Assembly (NCBI GenBank): GCA_024401695.1
Contig: JAKSKN010000008.1
Location: 2,871-66,870, forward strand
Direction: 5' to 3'
From: Bacteroidales bacterium
GTDB taxonomy: Bacteria; Bacteroidota; Bacteroidia; Bacteroidales; UBA932
DNA length: 64,000 nt
In this document: one piece after another, positions 49,263-58,328 of the stretch
Numbering within the stretch: the stretch's first letter is position 1
Layout: each line of letters begins with the position of its first letter
Program-made: the position numbers and the translations under genes
The notes under the pieces: generated by a model
Seen by the model: the letters and a program-made list of their open reading frames with translations, nothing else
The model's database searches: none
Told to the model about the DNA's origin: nothing

Positions 49263-50177
49263 ACGGATATTCTCCGCAATGGCATCGACAAGGCGCCGGC
49301 GAGCCTCTACGGAAGCCCAGGCGGTGTGAGGCGAAAAGCGGAATCGCTCCGGATGGCTTACGGAAAGCAGAGGGCTGCCGGCAGGGATAGGCTCACGTTC
49401 AAACACATCGAGTGCGGCGCCGGCAATTATCCCTTTGTCTACGGCTTCAGCCAATGCCGCTTCAGACACGATCCCGCCACGCCCGGTGTTGACAAGGACA
49501 GCAGTCCTTTTCATCAAGCGCAGTTCATCAGCCCCCAGCAGACCCTCTGTACGCTCATTCAAAGGAGCGTGGATGGTCACCACATCGGATGCGGCCAGAA
49601 ACTCACGCAGCGGCAGCGAGACATATTCCTTGCAATGGGACGTCCCTGAAGTGGAGTAATACACCACCTTCATACCGAATGCCTCGCCTATCCTTGCGAC
49701 TTTGGAGCCTATGGCACCCATTCCGATGACGCCCAGCGTCTTGCCGGCAAGTTCGTTCCAGTTCAGGGAAAGATCGGTGAACAGCCCGGATGACGAATAG
49801 GTGCCATCCTTGACACGGCCATCGAAATACGGGGCCTGCCCGCTAAGTGACAGGATATGCGCCCAGGTCAGCTGCGCAACCGAATCAGTGGAGTAGCCGG
49901 CAACGTTCCTGACAGGAATCCCCCGCTCTGCAGCCGCAACGGCGTCGATGTTGTTGATGCCCGTTGCGGCTTCGCATATCAACCGCAGCTTTGGAGCCGC
50001 GTCCAACAGTTCACGGGTGACTTTGACTTTATTTACAATCAGCACCTCGGCATCCGAGACCCTTTCCAGAGCCTCATCAGGAGCGCTTACGGAATATGTC
50101 ACAAGTTCTCCAAGTGCCGCAACCGGCGCGAGCGAAGTGTCGCCGAGCGTGGCGGCATCAAGGAATACAATTTTCAT
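49248..50177 (-). CDS. D-isomer-specific 2-hydroxyacid dehydrogenase
   Basis: GVIGMGAIG, HAPL, NTGRGG, ALDVF..EP, SPHTAW. Confidence 0.92.
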   Translation of the reverse strand: MKIVFLDAATLGDTSLAPVAALGELVTYSVSAPDEALERVSDAEVLIVNKVKVTRELLDAAPKLRLICEAATGINNIDAVAAAERGIPVRNVAGYSTDSVAQLTWAHILSLSGQAPYFDGRVKDGTYSSSGLFTDLSLNWNELAGKTLGVIGMGAIGSKVARIGEAFGMKVVYYSTSGTSHCKEYVSLPLREFLAASDVVTIHAPLNERTEGLLGADELRLMKRTAVLVNTGRGGIVSEAALAEAVDKGIIAGAALDVFEREPIPAGSPLLSVSHPERFRFSPHTAWASVEARRRLVDAIAENIRSFPL

Positions 50178-50178
50178 C

Positions 50179-53100
50179 TCAGTCCAGATGTGAATAGATT
50201 ACGCCATTGTTCGGCTCCAGCGCGACGCCCTTGATTTCGAACATCTGAGGGACTGTCACAAAGGTATAGCCCATTTTCTTGAGCATAGGGATGACGGTCT
50301 TGAGAGCCTCGACGGTATTGTCATTGCCTTCGAAGTCGTGGAGAAGCAGTATGTCTCCATCCTCAACCATTCCGAGTATGCGGTTTGCACGCTCGACGGC
50401 AGACACCTCGGCAACCCAGTCTTCACAGCCCTTGCCGCAGATGAAGGTCAGATCGATAAGCTTATGCATCCTCTCGTCGACATTGATATACGGCGGACGG
50501 AAGAAAGCAGGCTTCACACCGGTATATTTCTCAATCAGTGCGCTTGTCTGTGCAATCTCGTCCTTTATGGCATCGTCGGAAAGCGTCGTCATAGGAGAAT
50601 GCGTCAGGGAATGGTTCTGATAGTCACAGCCGAGGGAAAGACCTCTCTTGATGACCTTCTCTGCACTCTCTTCGTTGATGAAGTTCCCCCAGAGGAAGAA
50701 AGACGCCGGGACGCCGTTTGCCTCTAGTACATCAAGCATCTTCGGGCTGGTGACAAGGTTAGGGCCGTCATCAAAGCTCAAGGCCACATATTTCGGAGAA
50801 GCCTGAGGCTTCGCTGTCACGCGGCCGGAACGGACAATGTCATATTCGTAGACGGCTATGCCGCACTCACTGCGCACATACTGTTCATTCTTTATGCAGC
50901 GTCCCTCAAGAGGCTGGTAAGAACGAAGCTTCAGCTGCGATCCGCGAGGCACATTGACACGTGCAGTGGTGATACTGCCTTCCTTCCAGTCAATGTCCAC
51001 CTTAGCGCCACCGCGTGCGCGGAAACCTCTCAAGCTGCCCTCCTGCCATACTTCAGGAAGCGCAGGAAGAAGGAAGATGGCGCCGTCGTGGCTCTGGAGA
51101 AGCATCTCGGCGATGCCGGCACAGACACCGAAATTACCGTCAATCTGGAATGGCGGATGCGCATCGAAGAGGTTCGGATAAATGCGTCCGTTGCGGAATG
51201 CCGCCGGATTCTTCCTCATTTCGGCGAAGGATGTCGGAAGGAGATGGAACATATTGCTGATGATCTTGAATGCGTGGTCACCGTCGAGAAGACGTGCCCA
51301 GAAATTGGTCTTCCAGCCGAGACTCCAGCCGGTAGCCATATCGCCACGGTGCACAAGGGTGACCTTGGCCGCGTTGAAGAGTTCAGGCGTGCTGAAAGGG
51401 CTTATCTGTGAAGACGGATGAAGCCCGTAGAGATGGGACACGTGGCGGTGCTCGTCATCCGGGTCATCCCCGTCTATCTGCCATTCCTGGAGCTGGCCGA
51501 AGCGGCCGACCTTCATAGGAGGGATGCGGTCAAGGGCAGCCTGAACCCTGGCCCGGTATTCAGGGTCCTCGCCAAGGATCTCGGATGCCTGGAGAACGCT
51601 GGTAAACGTGTCGTAGAGAATCTGGTTGTCGTTGGTGCTGCCGGAGCATACCGGAGAACGCTTGCCCATAGGGCCGTGCTCCGGACTTACTGAAGGGCAG
51701 ATGACCATATATCCGGTATTCGGGTCTTCAACCATGAAATCAAGGAAAAAGTCGGCCGCACCCTTGAGGACAGGATAGTATTCGCGGAGGAAATCCTTGT
51801 CGCCGGTAAAGAGATAATGGTCCCAGAGATGGGTGGCGAGCCAGGCGCCTCCTGTCGGGTACATACCCCAGTCAGCACCATCCACAGGGCCTGCAATGCG
51901 CCATATGTCGGTATTGTGATGCGCCATCCAGCCGCCGCAGCCATACATTTCCCTGGCTGTCACCGCACCGGTCTCGCTGAGGTCCTTTACAAGGGTGAAC
52001 AGAGGCTCGGCAGCCTCGGTAAGGCCGCATACCTCCGCAGGCCAGTAATTCATCTCAAGATTGATATTGATGGTATACTTGCTGTCCCAAGGGGCGTCAA
52101 TCTCCTTGTTCCATACACCCTGAAGGTTCGCCGCCTGTCCGCCGGGCTGTGAGGAACTGATGAGCAGATAACGGCCATAGTTGAACATAAGCGTGACCAT
52201 ACCCATATCGTCGCTGCCGGTGAAGGCCTCGAGGCGCTGGTCCGTGCGGAGTCTGGCATTCTCCTCATTGACCGGGAGATCGAGCGACACCCTGTCGTAC
52301 TGCTCCCTGTATGCCTTTATGTGCTTCTTGAGAAGTCTCTTGAACGAAATGCTCTCAGCAGAAGCAAGACGGGCCTCGTTGACCGGGGCCGGGTCGCCGC
52401 TGACATCCTTGTAATTCACGAAATTCGTTGCAGCACTGACATACAGGGTTGCCTTGGTGGCATTCTTAACCTCCACCTCGCTGCCATCAGCGGTGACATC
52501 GCCGTCGGCGACAATGTCGATGACGCACTGGGCGGTGAGCTTCGGATCGATTCCCTCGAGGGCGGAGCCCGGAACGGAAACGGTGAGACGACTGCCCTGA
52601 GCGACGGCTGTGAATGCCGTTTCGCAGTCATAGCCGGCTTTGAAATTCAGTGCGCCTTTCTTGTCTGCCTCCAGACTTATCACTATGACTTTCTCCGGAA
52701 GGGATGCAAAGACGGTACGCTTGTAATTGACTCCACCCTGGTTGAAATTGACGTGTGCGGTAGCCGTGTTGAGGTCGATGTCGCGATAGTAACCGCTCAC
52801 TTCCCCGCGGTTGCCGAAATCAAGCATAAGGCTGCCCATAGTGAGGAACTTCATTCCGTGAGGGCCGAGGATGAAATACTCGTTTATCTTGCGACCGGCC
52901 TCTTCCTCATTGCCGTCCCAAACCAGCTGGCGCACCTCGGTGAGATGCTCCAGGGAATACGGAGAATTGTTGCTGTGCGGACCTCCGGACCAGAAAGTCT
53001 CTTCGTTGAGGGCTATCCTTTCCTTTTCGGGACCGCCGAATACCATACCGCCCAGATTGGAATTGCCGACAGGCAGGGCCTGAAGCCAATCCTCGGCAGG

Positions 53101-53181
53101 AGTGTCATACCAAATCTTGTCCTGTGCAGAAGCACACAGCCCTGACAGTATCGCCAGAACTGATATGATCCATCTTTTCAT
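50179..53181 (-). CDS. GH95 alpha-L-fucosidase/galactosidase + C-terminal CE4 polysaccharide deacetylase
   Basis: [41 protein letters not shown] (GH95); SFDDGP, NHSLTH, FRPPY, LLHD (NodB/CE4). Confidence 0.9.
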   Translation of the reverse strand: MKRWIISVLAILSGLCASAQDKIWYDTPAEDWLQALPVGNSNLGGMVFGGPEKERIALNEETFWSGGPHSNNSPYSLEHLTEVRQLVWDGNEEEAGRKINEYFILGPHGMKFLTMGSLMLDFGNRGEVSGYYRDIDLNTATAHVNFNQGGVNYKRTVFASLPEKVIVISLEADKKGALNFKAGYDCETAFTAVAQGSRLTVSVPGSALEGIDPKLTAQCVIDIVADGDVTADGSEVEVKNATKATLYVSAATNFVNYKDVSGDPAPVNEARLASAESISFKRLLKKHIKAYREQYDRVSLDLPVNEENARLRTDQRLEAFTGSDDMGMVTLMFNYGRYLLISSSQPGGQAANLQGVWNKEIDAPWDSKYTININLEMNYWPAEVCGLTEAAEPLFTLVKDLSETGAVTAREMYGCGGWMAHHNTDIWRIAGPVDGADWGMYPTGGAWLATHLWDHYLFTGDKDFLREYYPVLKGAADFFLDFMVEDPNTGYMVICPSVSPEHGPMGKRSPVCSGSTNDNQILYDTFTSVLQASEILGEDPEYRARVQAALDRIPPMKVGRFGQLQEWQIDGDDPDDEHRHVSHLYGLHPSSQISPFSTPELFNAAKVTLVHRGDMATGWSLGWKTNFWARLLDGDHAFKIISNMFHLLPTSFAEMRKNPAAFRNGRIYPNLFDAHPPFQIDGNFGVCAGIAEMLLQSHDGAIFLLPALPEVWQEGSLRGFRARGGAKVDIDWKEGSITTARVNVPRGSQLKLRSYQPLEGRCIKNEQYVRSECGIAVYEYDIVRSGRVTAKPQASPKYVALSFDDGPNLVTSPKMLDVLEANGVPASFFLWGNFINEESAEKVIKRGLSLGCDYQNHSLTHSPMTTLSDDAIKDEIAQTSALIEKYTGVKPAFFRPPYINVDERMHKLIDLTFICGKGCEDWVAEVSAVERANRILGMVEDGDILLLHDFEGNDNTVEALKTVIPMLKKMGYTFVTVPQMFEIKGVALEPNNGVIYSHLD

Positions 53182-54422
53182 TATTTAAGAACCCAGTTTG
53201 ATTTTCTGAAATTACCGCTAAGATGAAGCAGTGAGAATATGTACTCAAGACCATCGTAGTAAACGTCGTAGTAGCCGTCTTCATAAGGTTCGAGCTTCAT
53301 TTCCCAAAGATGTTCCACGAATTCGCGGCTGAGGTCGGTATCCGTCATAAGGCTGGCGACCGCCGTCGTGCCGACGAGACCGATCGAGTGACGCAGGCAC
53401 CTGTATCCGCCGGCACCCATTATGAACTGAGGCTTGCCGCCGTCGAGGCTGAACTGGTCAGGGAACTCCTTGACGCCATAACCTGCCATAGTGGCCTGGA
53501 ACCTGTCGGCATAGTCCTTCTGCCATTCGGCATCCTTGTGTGACCAGCAGAAGTCGCAGGCGATGTTCATAGGCACACGCCAGGAATCATAGTGGAATTC
53601 GGAAATCATCTTGAACGGACCGAATTCGTGGACTGTCTGCCTGCCGTCGAACTCAGCCTGGTCAGGGTTGATGCCCGTGACAGGGTCGCAGGTCCTGTGA
53701 AGGAACTCACGTTCGTTGGCGGCAATCTCGCGATAGAGGTCCTCGCGACCGTCCTGAGCGCTTTCAGCCCACACTTCCATAAAGGCAGGAAGATGGTATG
53801 AAGGGTCAGTCCACTTGTTGCTGACGGTATCAGGGCAGAAATTTATGAGTTTGTGCTCCATATTGAAGATATTGCACACGCCTTCAGAGCCGTCCTTTGA
53901 GAAAAGGGTATTCAGAAGCTCCTGAGCTTCAGCAAGATAGTTATATCTTCCACTGCTGTTGCCCCAGCGGCGCGATGCAAGCAGGAGGTCGGTGACATAA
54001 TACATCTCACCGTCGCTTGCGGACCCTTCATCGATATGGGTTCCGTCATAGCGGCAATGCCAGGCGTAAAGCCCCTTCCATTTACCTTCCTTCTGGAGCA
54101 TATATGTCTTGCACCAGGTCCACAAACGGTCAAACATATCCTGACGGCCAAACTGTACGGCCACCATCATTCCGTAGGACATACCTTCTGTCCTGATATC
54201 CTTGTTCTTGACGTCTGCGACATAGGCCATATCCTCGCCTACTTCATAATAAGCACGGCGTTCGCTCTCAAACACCTCGTAAAAGGCATCGTTGAGCTTC
54301 TGGTTGATCTCTTTCTGAGAATGGCCGAGTTCCTTGAAATAATTGCGGTAAACCGGAGCATCGGCATTATTGCAGCCCGCAAGGAAAGGAATGAATGCAA
54401 GCAGAACAAAAAACTTTTTCAT
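53181..54422 (-). CDS. GH8, reducing-end xylose-releasing exo-oligoxylanase-like lipoprotein
   Basis: [30 protein letters not shown]; lipobox LAGC. Confidence 0.88.
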   Translation of the reverse strand: MKKFFVLLAFIPFLAGCNNADAPVYRNYFKELGHSQKEINQKLNDAFYEVFESERRAYYEVGEDMAYVADVKNKDIRTEGMSYGMMVAVQFGRQDMFDRLWTWCKTYMLQKEGKWKGLYAWHCRYDGTHIDEGSASDGEMYYVTDLLLASRRWGNSSGRYNYLAEAQELLNTLFSKDGSEGVCNIFNMEHKLINFCPDTVSNKWTDPSYHLPAFMEVWAESAQDGREDLYREIAANEREFLHRTCDPVTGINPDQAEFDGRQTVHEFGPFKMISEFHYDSWRVPMNIACDFCWSHKDAEWQKDYADRFQATMAGYGVKEFPDQFSLDGGKPQFIMGAGGYRCLRHSIGLVGTTAVASLMTDTDLSREFVEHLWEMKLEPYEDGYYDVYYDGLEYIFSLLHLSGNFRKSNWVLK

Positions 54423-54439
54423 CTTATCCTGACAGTGAT

Positions 54440-56482
54440 TTAGTTGATGAGGAATATCTTCTTCTGGCCCTTGTATGTACAGGTGACCGTTGTGCGCCCG
54501 GCCGAAACAGGAGCGATTTCAATCTTGACTGAAGGGTCGTTTGACCTGACATCAAGGACGGAGTTCTCTCCGAGCGGTCCGTAGACCTGATAGCGTGAGA
54601 CGTCGGCATATCCGTTGGCATTCGTGAAGCGGATAGGAGTATCAGGGATATTGAGCTTCTTTCCGTCAACCTTTATGGTGATGACAGGGACTGAAGGACG
54701 CTCGACCGCCACGTTCTTGTTGCTGAAGCCGATGCCCTGAAGGTCGAACAGACCCTTAGGCCGCTGAGGACGCATCATCATAGGAGGGCGGCGCTGCTGT
54801 GCGGGAGCAGCGATCTCAGGACCGTCAGCGACAAGATAGATTGCGTGCTTGCCCTTGAGTCCCTCGACCGCCTTGGCGACGTCAGCGGTAAATCTGGTGC
54901 ATACCTGAGGTGAATCCGCAGGGACATCGATCACGGCGATTTCCTTGCCGTTCCAGGTATCATTTGCATACGGACCGTCAAGCATCACGTGGATCCTGAA
55001 CGCATCCTTCACAGTCGGGGTGAGGAAAAGCTCGAGTCTGGTCTGATCCTTCTTCTTTGCGCCGGCAAATGCCTTGATACCCTTCTCGTCCTTTGCAAGT
55101 CCGCCGAAGCCGAAATACTTGAAGCCGACCACGCCGCCGTTGGTGATGCCGGCAAGATCCATATGGTTGTCCCAGTTGTCCCAGGTATCCTGAAGCCAGT
55201 CATTGCCTGTCATATAGCAGGCGATGCCGGCAGAATAGTATTTGAAAGGATCGAGGCCGAAGATGTTGAATCCCTCTGAAGTCACTTCGCCACCACGGTA
55301 GCAGGTACCGTCGGAAGCAGCTGCGACCCACTCGCCGTCCTTCAAGAACGGATCGTATCCGGTGATGCGCACTTCCCCGCCTTCAGCAACCGGTTTTTCG
55401 TCCCATTCGATCTTGACCGGTGCGACCATTGCCTGACGGGCATAGCCGAAGCCGCGCGGCGGACGATGATAGAATACATACCACTGGCCGTTGATCTCCT
55501 GGAGGGAACCGTGGGTGTTGTGTGCTGCGTTGGTGGTGGTGAGATGCTCGCCGTTGGCATCCGGGACAACGCCGCGGGAGTCAACGAGGACGCCGCCTGA
55601 GCGCCAAGGCCCGAGAGGGCTGTCGCCAAAGGCATAGCGGAGGGCGGAGTTGGTGCTTTCAAGCCCGTAGTCAGGGCCTGAGTATCCTGAGAACACCATC
55701 ACGTATTTATTGCCGACCTGGCGGATCGACGAAGCCTCGAAGAAATTGAATTCACCGGGATTCTGACCTTTGTAGAGAGAAGGATACTGAGTGCCTTCCG
55801 GGTCACGTACGACGCCGTATCGGGCACTTGCCGGAATGAAATAGTCGTGGATTTCAGTCCCGGGGCGCTTGCTGAACATCGTCCTCTGGTCAAGTTCCAC
55901 GGCCGTGGAGTGCTGGAAACCGTAATATACATATGCGCGGAACCCGATTTCATAGTCAGGGTCGGCAGGGTCGTTCACGTATTCGATGAACACTGAAGGG
56001 TCGAAGTCGATGAGACTGCCGGGCACGCAGGAGCGTCCGTCAGGAGTCAGGTTGACCGGTGTGAACGGGCCGTCGGGACGGTCACCCTTGCAGACGGTCG
56101 GGGTACGCCCCCAGCCGCGGCTGTGCGGATACAGCCAGTATGTCTTCTTTCCGTCCTTCCCTATGACTTCAACGAGGTCAGGAGCATACATTATATCCCA
56201 CTGGCCATCGACGAAATGCGTATAGATTGGACCTTCGTCAACCCAGTTGTTCAGGTCTTCCACCGGAGCGGACCACATATGGATATCCGGGCCGCAGTAC
56301 TGTGTATAAGCGAGGTCGTGCGAGCCGATGATGTAGGCACGGAGATGGCCCGGGTTGTCGGGATCTTCAAATACACGGGGTTCGCCGTCCGGAATATGCT
56401 CCCACAAAGGGAGATATGGGTTCTGGGCAAGCGCGATGACAGAAACGAGCGCTGCCGCTGCAATGGTGATGATTTTTTTCAT
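54440..56482 (-). CDS. GH43-like beta-propeller glycosidase with C-terminal accessory domain(s)
   Basis: NPYLPLWEHIPDGEPRVF, YAPD, DFDPSVF, FFEASS, NTHGS. Confidence 0.78.
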   Translation of the reverse strand: MKKIITIAAAALVSVIALAQNPYLPLWEHIPDGEPRVFEDPDNPGHLRAYIIGSHDLAYTQYCGPDIHMWSAPVEDLNNWVDEGPIYTHFVDGQWDIMYAPDLVEVIGKDGKKTYWLYPHSRGWGRTPTVCKGDRPDGPFTPVNLTPDGRSCVPGSLIDFDPSVFIEYVNDPADPDYEIGFRAYVYYGFQHSTAVELDQRTMFSKRPGTEIHDYFIPASARYGVVRDPEGTQYPSLYKGQNPGEFNFFEASSIRQVGNKYVMVFSGYSGPDYGLESTNSALRYAFGDSPLGPWRSGGVLVDSRGVVPDANGEHLTTTNAAHNTHGSLQEINGQWYVFYHRPPRGFGYARQAMVAPVKIEWDEKPVAEGGEVRITGYDPFLKDGEWVAAASDGTCYRGGEVTSEGFNIFGLDPFKYYSAGIACYMTGNDWLQDTWDNWDNHMDLAGITNGGVVGFKYFGFGGLAKDEKGIKAFAGAKKKDQTRLELFLTPTVKDAFRIHVMLDGPYANDTWNGKEIAVIDVPADSPQVCTRFTADVAKAVEGLKGKHAIYLVADGPEIAAPAQQRRPPMMMRPQRPKGLFDLQGIGFSNKNVAVERPSVPVITIKVDGKKLNIPDTPIRFTNANGYADVSRYQVYGPLGENSVLDVRSNDPSVKIEIAPVSAGRTTVTCTYKGQKKIFLIN

Positions 56483-56488
56483 ATCGGA

Positions 56489-58048
56489 TTATTGAATGAT
56501 TTGCTGATGGAAATAGTCGAAGTCGGCATAGCCGCCAAGCTGCTCCGTGGCGAAGCAGAAGAGGCCTGTGCGGTATCCGGTGAAATAGTCCAGGGTGAAC
56601 CGCATCTGGAGCTTGTAATCGATCTGGAGCCAGGTCTTGCGGTCATAGGAGTATGCCATCGTGGCGGTATCGTCGGTAAAGTCGTAGTCGAGACGCAGGA
56701 ACACGACGTCATCTTCAACAGGTATGTGGGAGAGAACCTCAAGAGGACGGCGGAAGCCCTCGACGGTAGCCTGGATGAACCTGTCACCGTCTTCGGCCTT
56801 GACGCCGATGGCGATCCTGTTGCTCTGGAACGTGCAGATGCCGGCAAAATCGCCGTCCTTGAGTCCGGAGGCGTCCATCTTGACGATGCTTGCACATTTA
56901 GGGCCGACGGTGCGCTGCGTGAGCGTATTGCGTGCGTCGGATATGCCTGTGGCAAGCTGTCCGGTGGTCAGGCGGAGCCATCCCTTGCGTTCGCTGTTGA
57001 TGGACCAGCAGCCATCGAGAGGCTTGTGGTTCCACTGCCATACGAGTGCAAGGTCCTTCTTGTTGAAATCGTCATTGTCCCAGACATATTCCTTGCCGGA
57101 TGCAGGGAGATTCACCTCGAATGACTCGAGAGGTTTGGTATCATCTCCGAAAATCGGCCAGCCGTCGACCCAGGTCACCGGCTGAAGCGTGATCACCCGG
57201 CCGACTGCACCGTGGTCCTGGAAGATGATGGAATACCAGTCTCCGTGCTGGGTCTCCACGATTGCGCCCTGTGCCACACCGTCGCCACGGCCGCCTATCG
57301 TGCCGTCGCATACCACCTTCTGCTCGTACGGGCCGGTGATACTGCTGCTGCGCCAGCACCGCTCGGTACGGTGTCCGCCGCGAGGCCAGTCGATCTCAAG
57401 AAGATAATAGTAATCACCTATATGGTAGAAGCGGGTGCCTTCGGCGCAGAGATTGAATCCCTCAGGGTTGAAATCGACGATGAGCTCGTTCACACCGCCT
57501 TCCTTGACACCCGACAGATCGGATTCAAGTTCGACAACGCGGAGCTCGCGGTTGCCGAATACGACATAATTGCGGCCGTCCTCATCGAAGAGGAGCGACG
57601 CATCGTGGAAGAAATCGTCTATGACGGAAACCTGTTCCCAATTGCTCTGCATCGCATCCTTCGTACGATAGATGAAAGTCTTGTGCAGGTCGTTGGTAAT
57701 GAAAAGGACATAGAAATATCCGTTGTGATACTGGAGTGACGTAGCCCACTGCCCCTTGCCGTATGCATTTCTGCCATTCTTCAGAAGGTACTGGTCAGCA
57801 TCGCCCAGGTCCGGGGTGACATAGCTTACGATTCTCCAGTGGACGAGGTCCTTTGAATGCATGATCGGCACCATCGGGCAGAAATACATCGTCGTGGTAA
57901 CCAGATAATAGTCATCCCCGACCCTGAGGACGTCGGGGTCAGGAGAATCCGAATAAGTGAGAGGATTGACGGCGATCGCATTCTGCTGCTGCGAGCAGGA
58001 GCACAGGACGCCGAAGCAAAGGACAATGGTTAAAAGTACACTTTTCAT
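56489..58048 (-). CDS. GH43 beta-xylosidase/arabinofuranosidase lipoprotein
   Basis: SPDPDV, WATSL, HDASL, AEGTR, VAQG; C-terminal beta-sandwich; lipobox-like LCSC. Confidence 0.9.
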   Translation of the reverse strand: MKSVLLTIVLCFGVLCSCSQQQNAIAVNPLTYSDSPDPDVLRVGDDYYLVTTTMYFCPMVPIMHSKDLVHWRIVSYVTPDLGDADQYLLKNGRNAYGKGQWATSLQYHNGYFYVLFITNDLHKTFIYRTKDAMQSNWEQVSVIDDFFHDASLLFDEDGRNYVVFGNRELRVVELESDLSGVKEGGVNELIVDFNPEGFNLCAEGTRFYHIGDYYYLLEIDWPRGGHRTERCWRSSSITGPYEQKVVCDGTIGGRGDGVAQGAIVETQHGDWYSIIFQDHGAVGRVITLQPVTWVDGWPIFGDDTKPLESFEVNLPASGKEYVWDNDDFNKKDLALVWQWNHKPLDGCWSINSERKGWLRLTTGQLATGISDARNTLTQRTVGPKCASIVKMDASGLKDGDFAGICTFQSNRIAIGVKAEDGDRFIQATVEGFRRPLEVLSHIPVEDDVVFLRLDYDFTDDTATMAYSYDRKTWLQIDYKLQMRFTLDYFTGYRTGLFCFATEQLGGYADFDYFHQQIIQ

Positions 58049-58099
58049 ATACAAAGATTATTAGTTTCAATTCAGTCCTGCAATTTAGCAATAATAAAG

Positions 58100-58255
58100 G
58101 AAAAAACCTCGTTGCATCACTGCGACGAGGTTTCGAATCAAACTAATAACACAATTTAACCAATATATTCTTTTATAGTCTAAGTTCAGTGCCGTTGAAA
58201 ACAGCCGTAGCGGAAACTATAAACGTCAAGCATGATCCTTGACAGTGCAAATATA
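58100..58255 (-). ncRNA. Candidate sRNA or attenuator leader (promoter, hairpins, 15-codon ORF, terminator)
   Basis: TATATTTG at 58255-58248; GTCAAG/CTTGAC and TTTATAGT/ACTATAAA stems; terminator AAACCTCG...CGAGGTTTTTT. Confidence 0.5.
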
Positions 58256-58281
58256 AAAAGCCGCTTCAAGAACGGCTTTTG
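58256..58281 (-). terminator. Intrinsic terminator after the sensor-AraC gene
   Basis: AAAAGCCG-TTCTTGAAG-CGGCTTTTT. Confidence 0.7.
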
Positions 58282-58328
58282 AAAATGGATATTTAACTTT
58301 TGAAATTGGATAAATCAGGCGTGTACGG

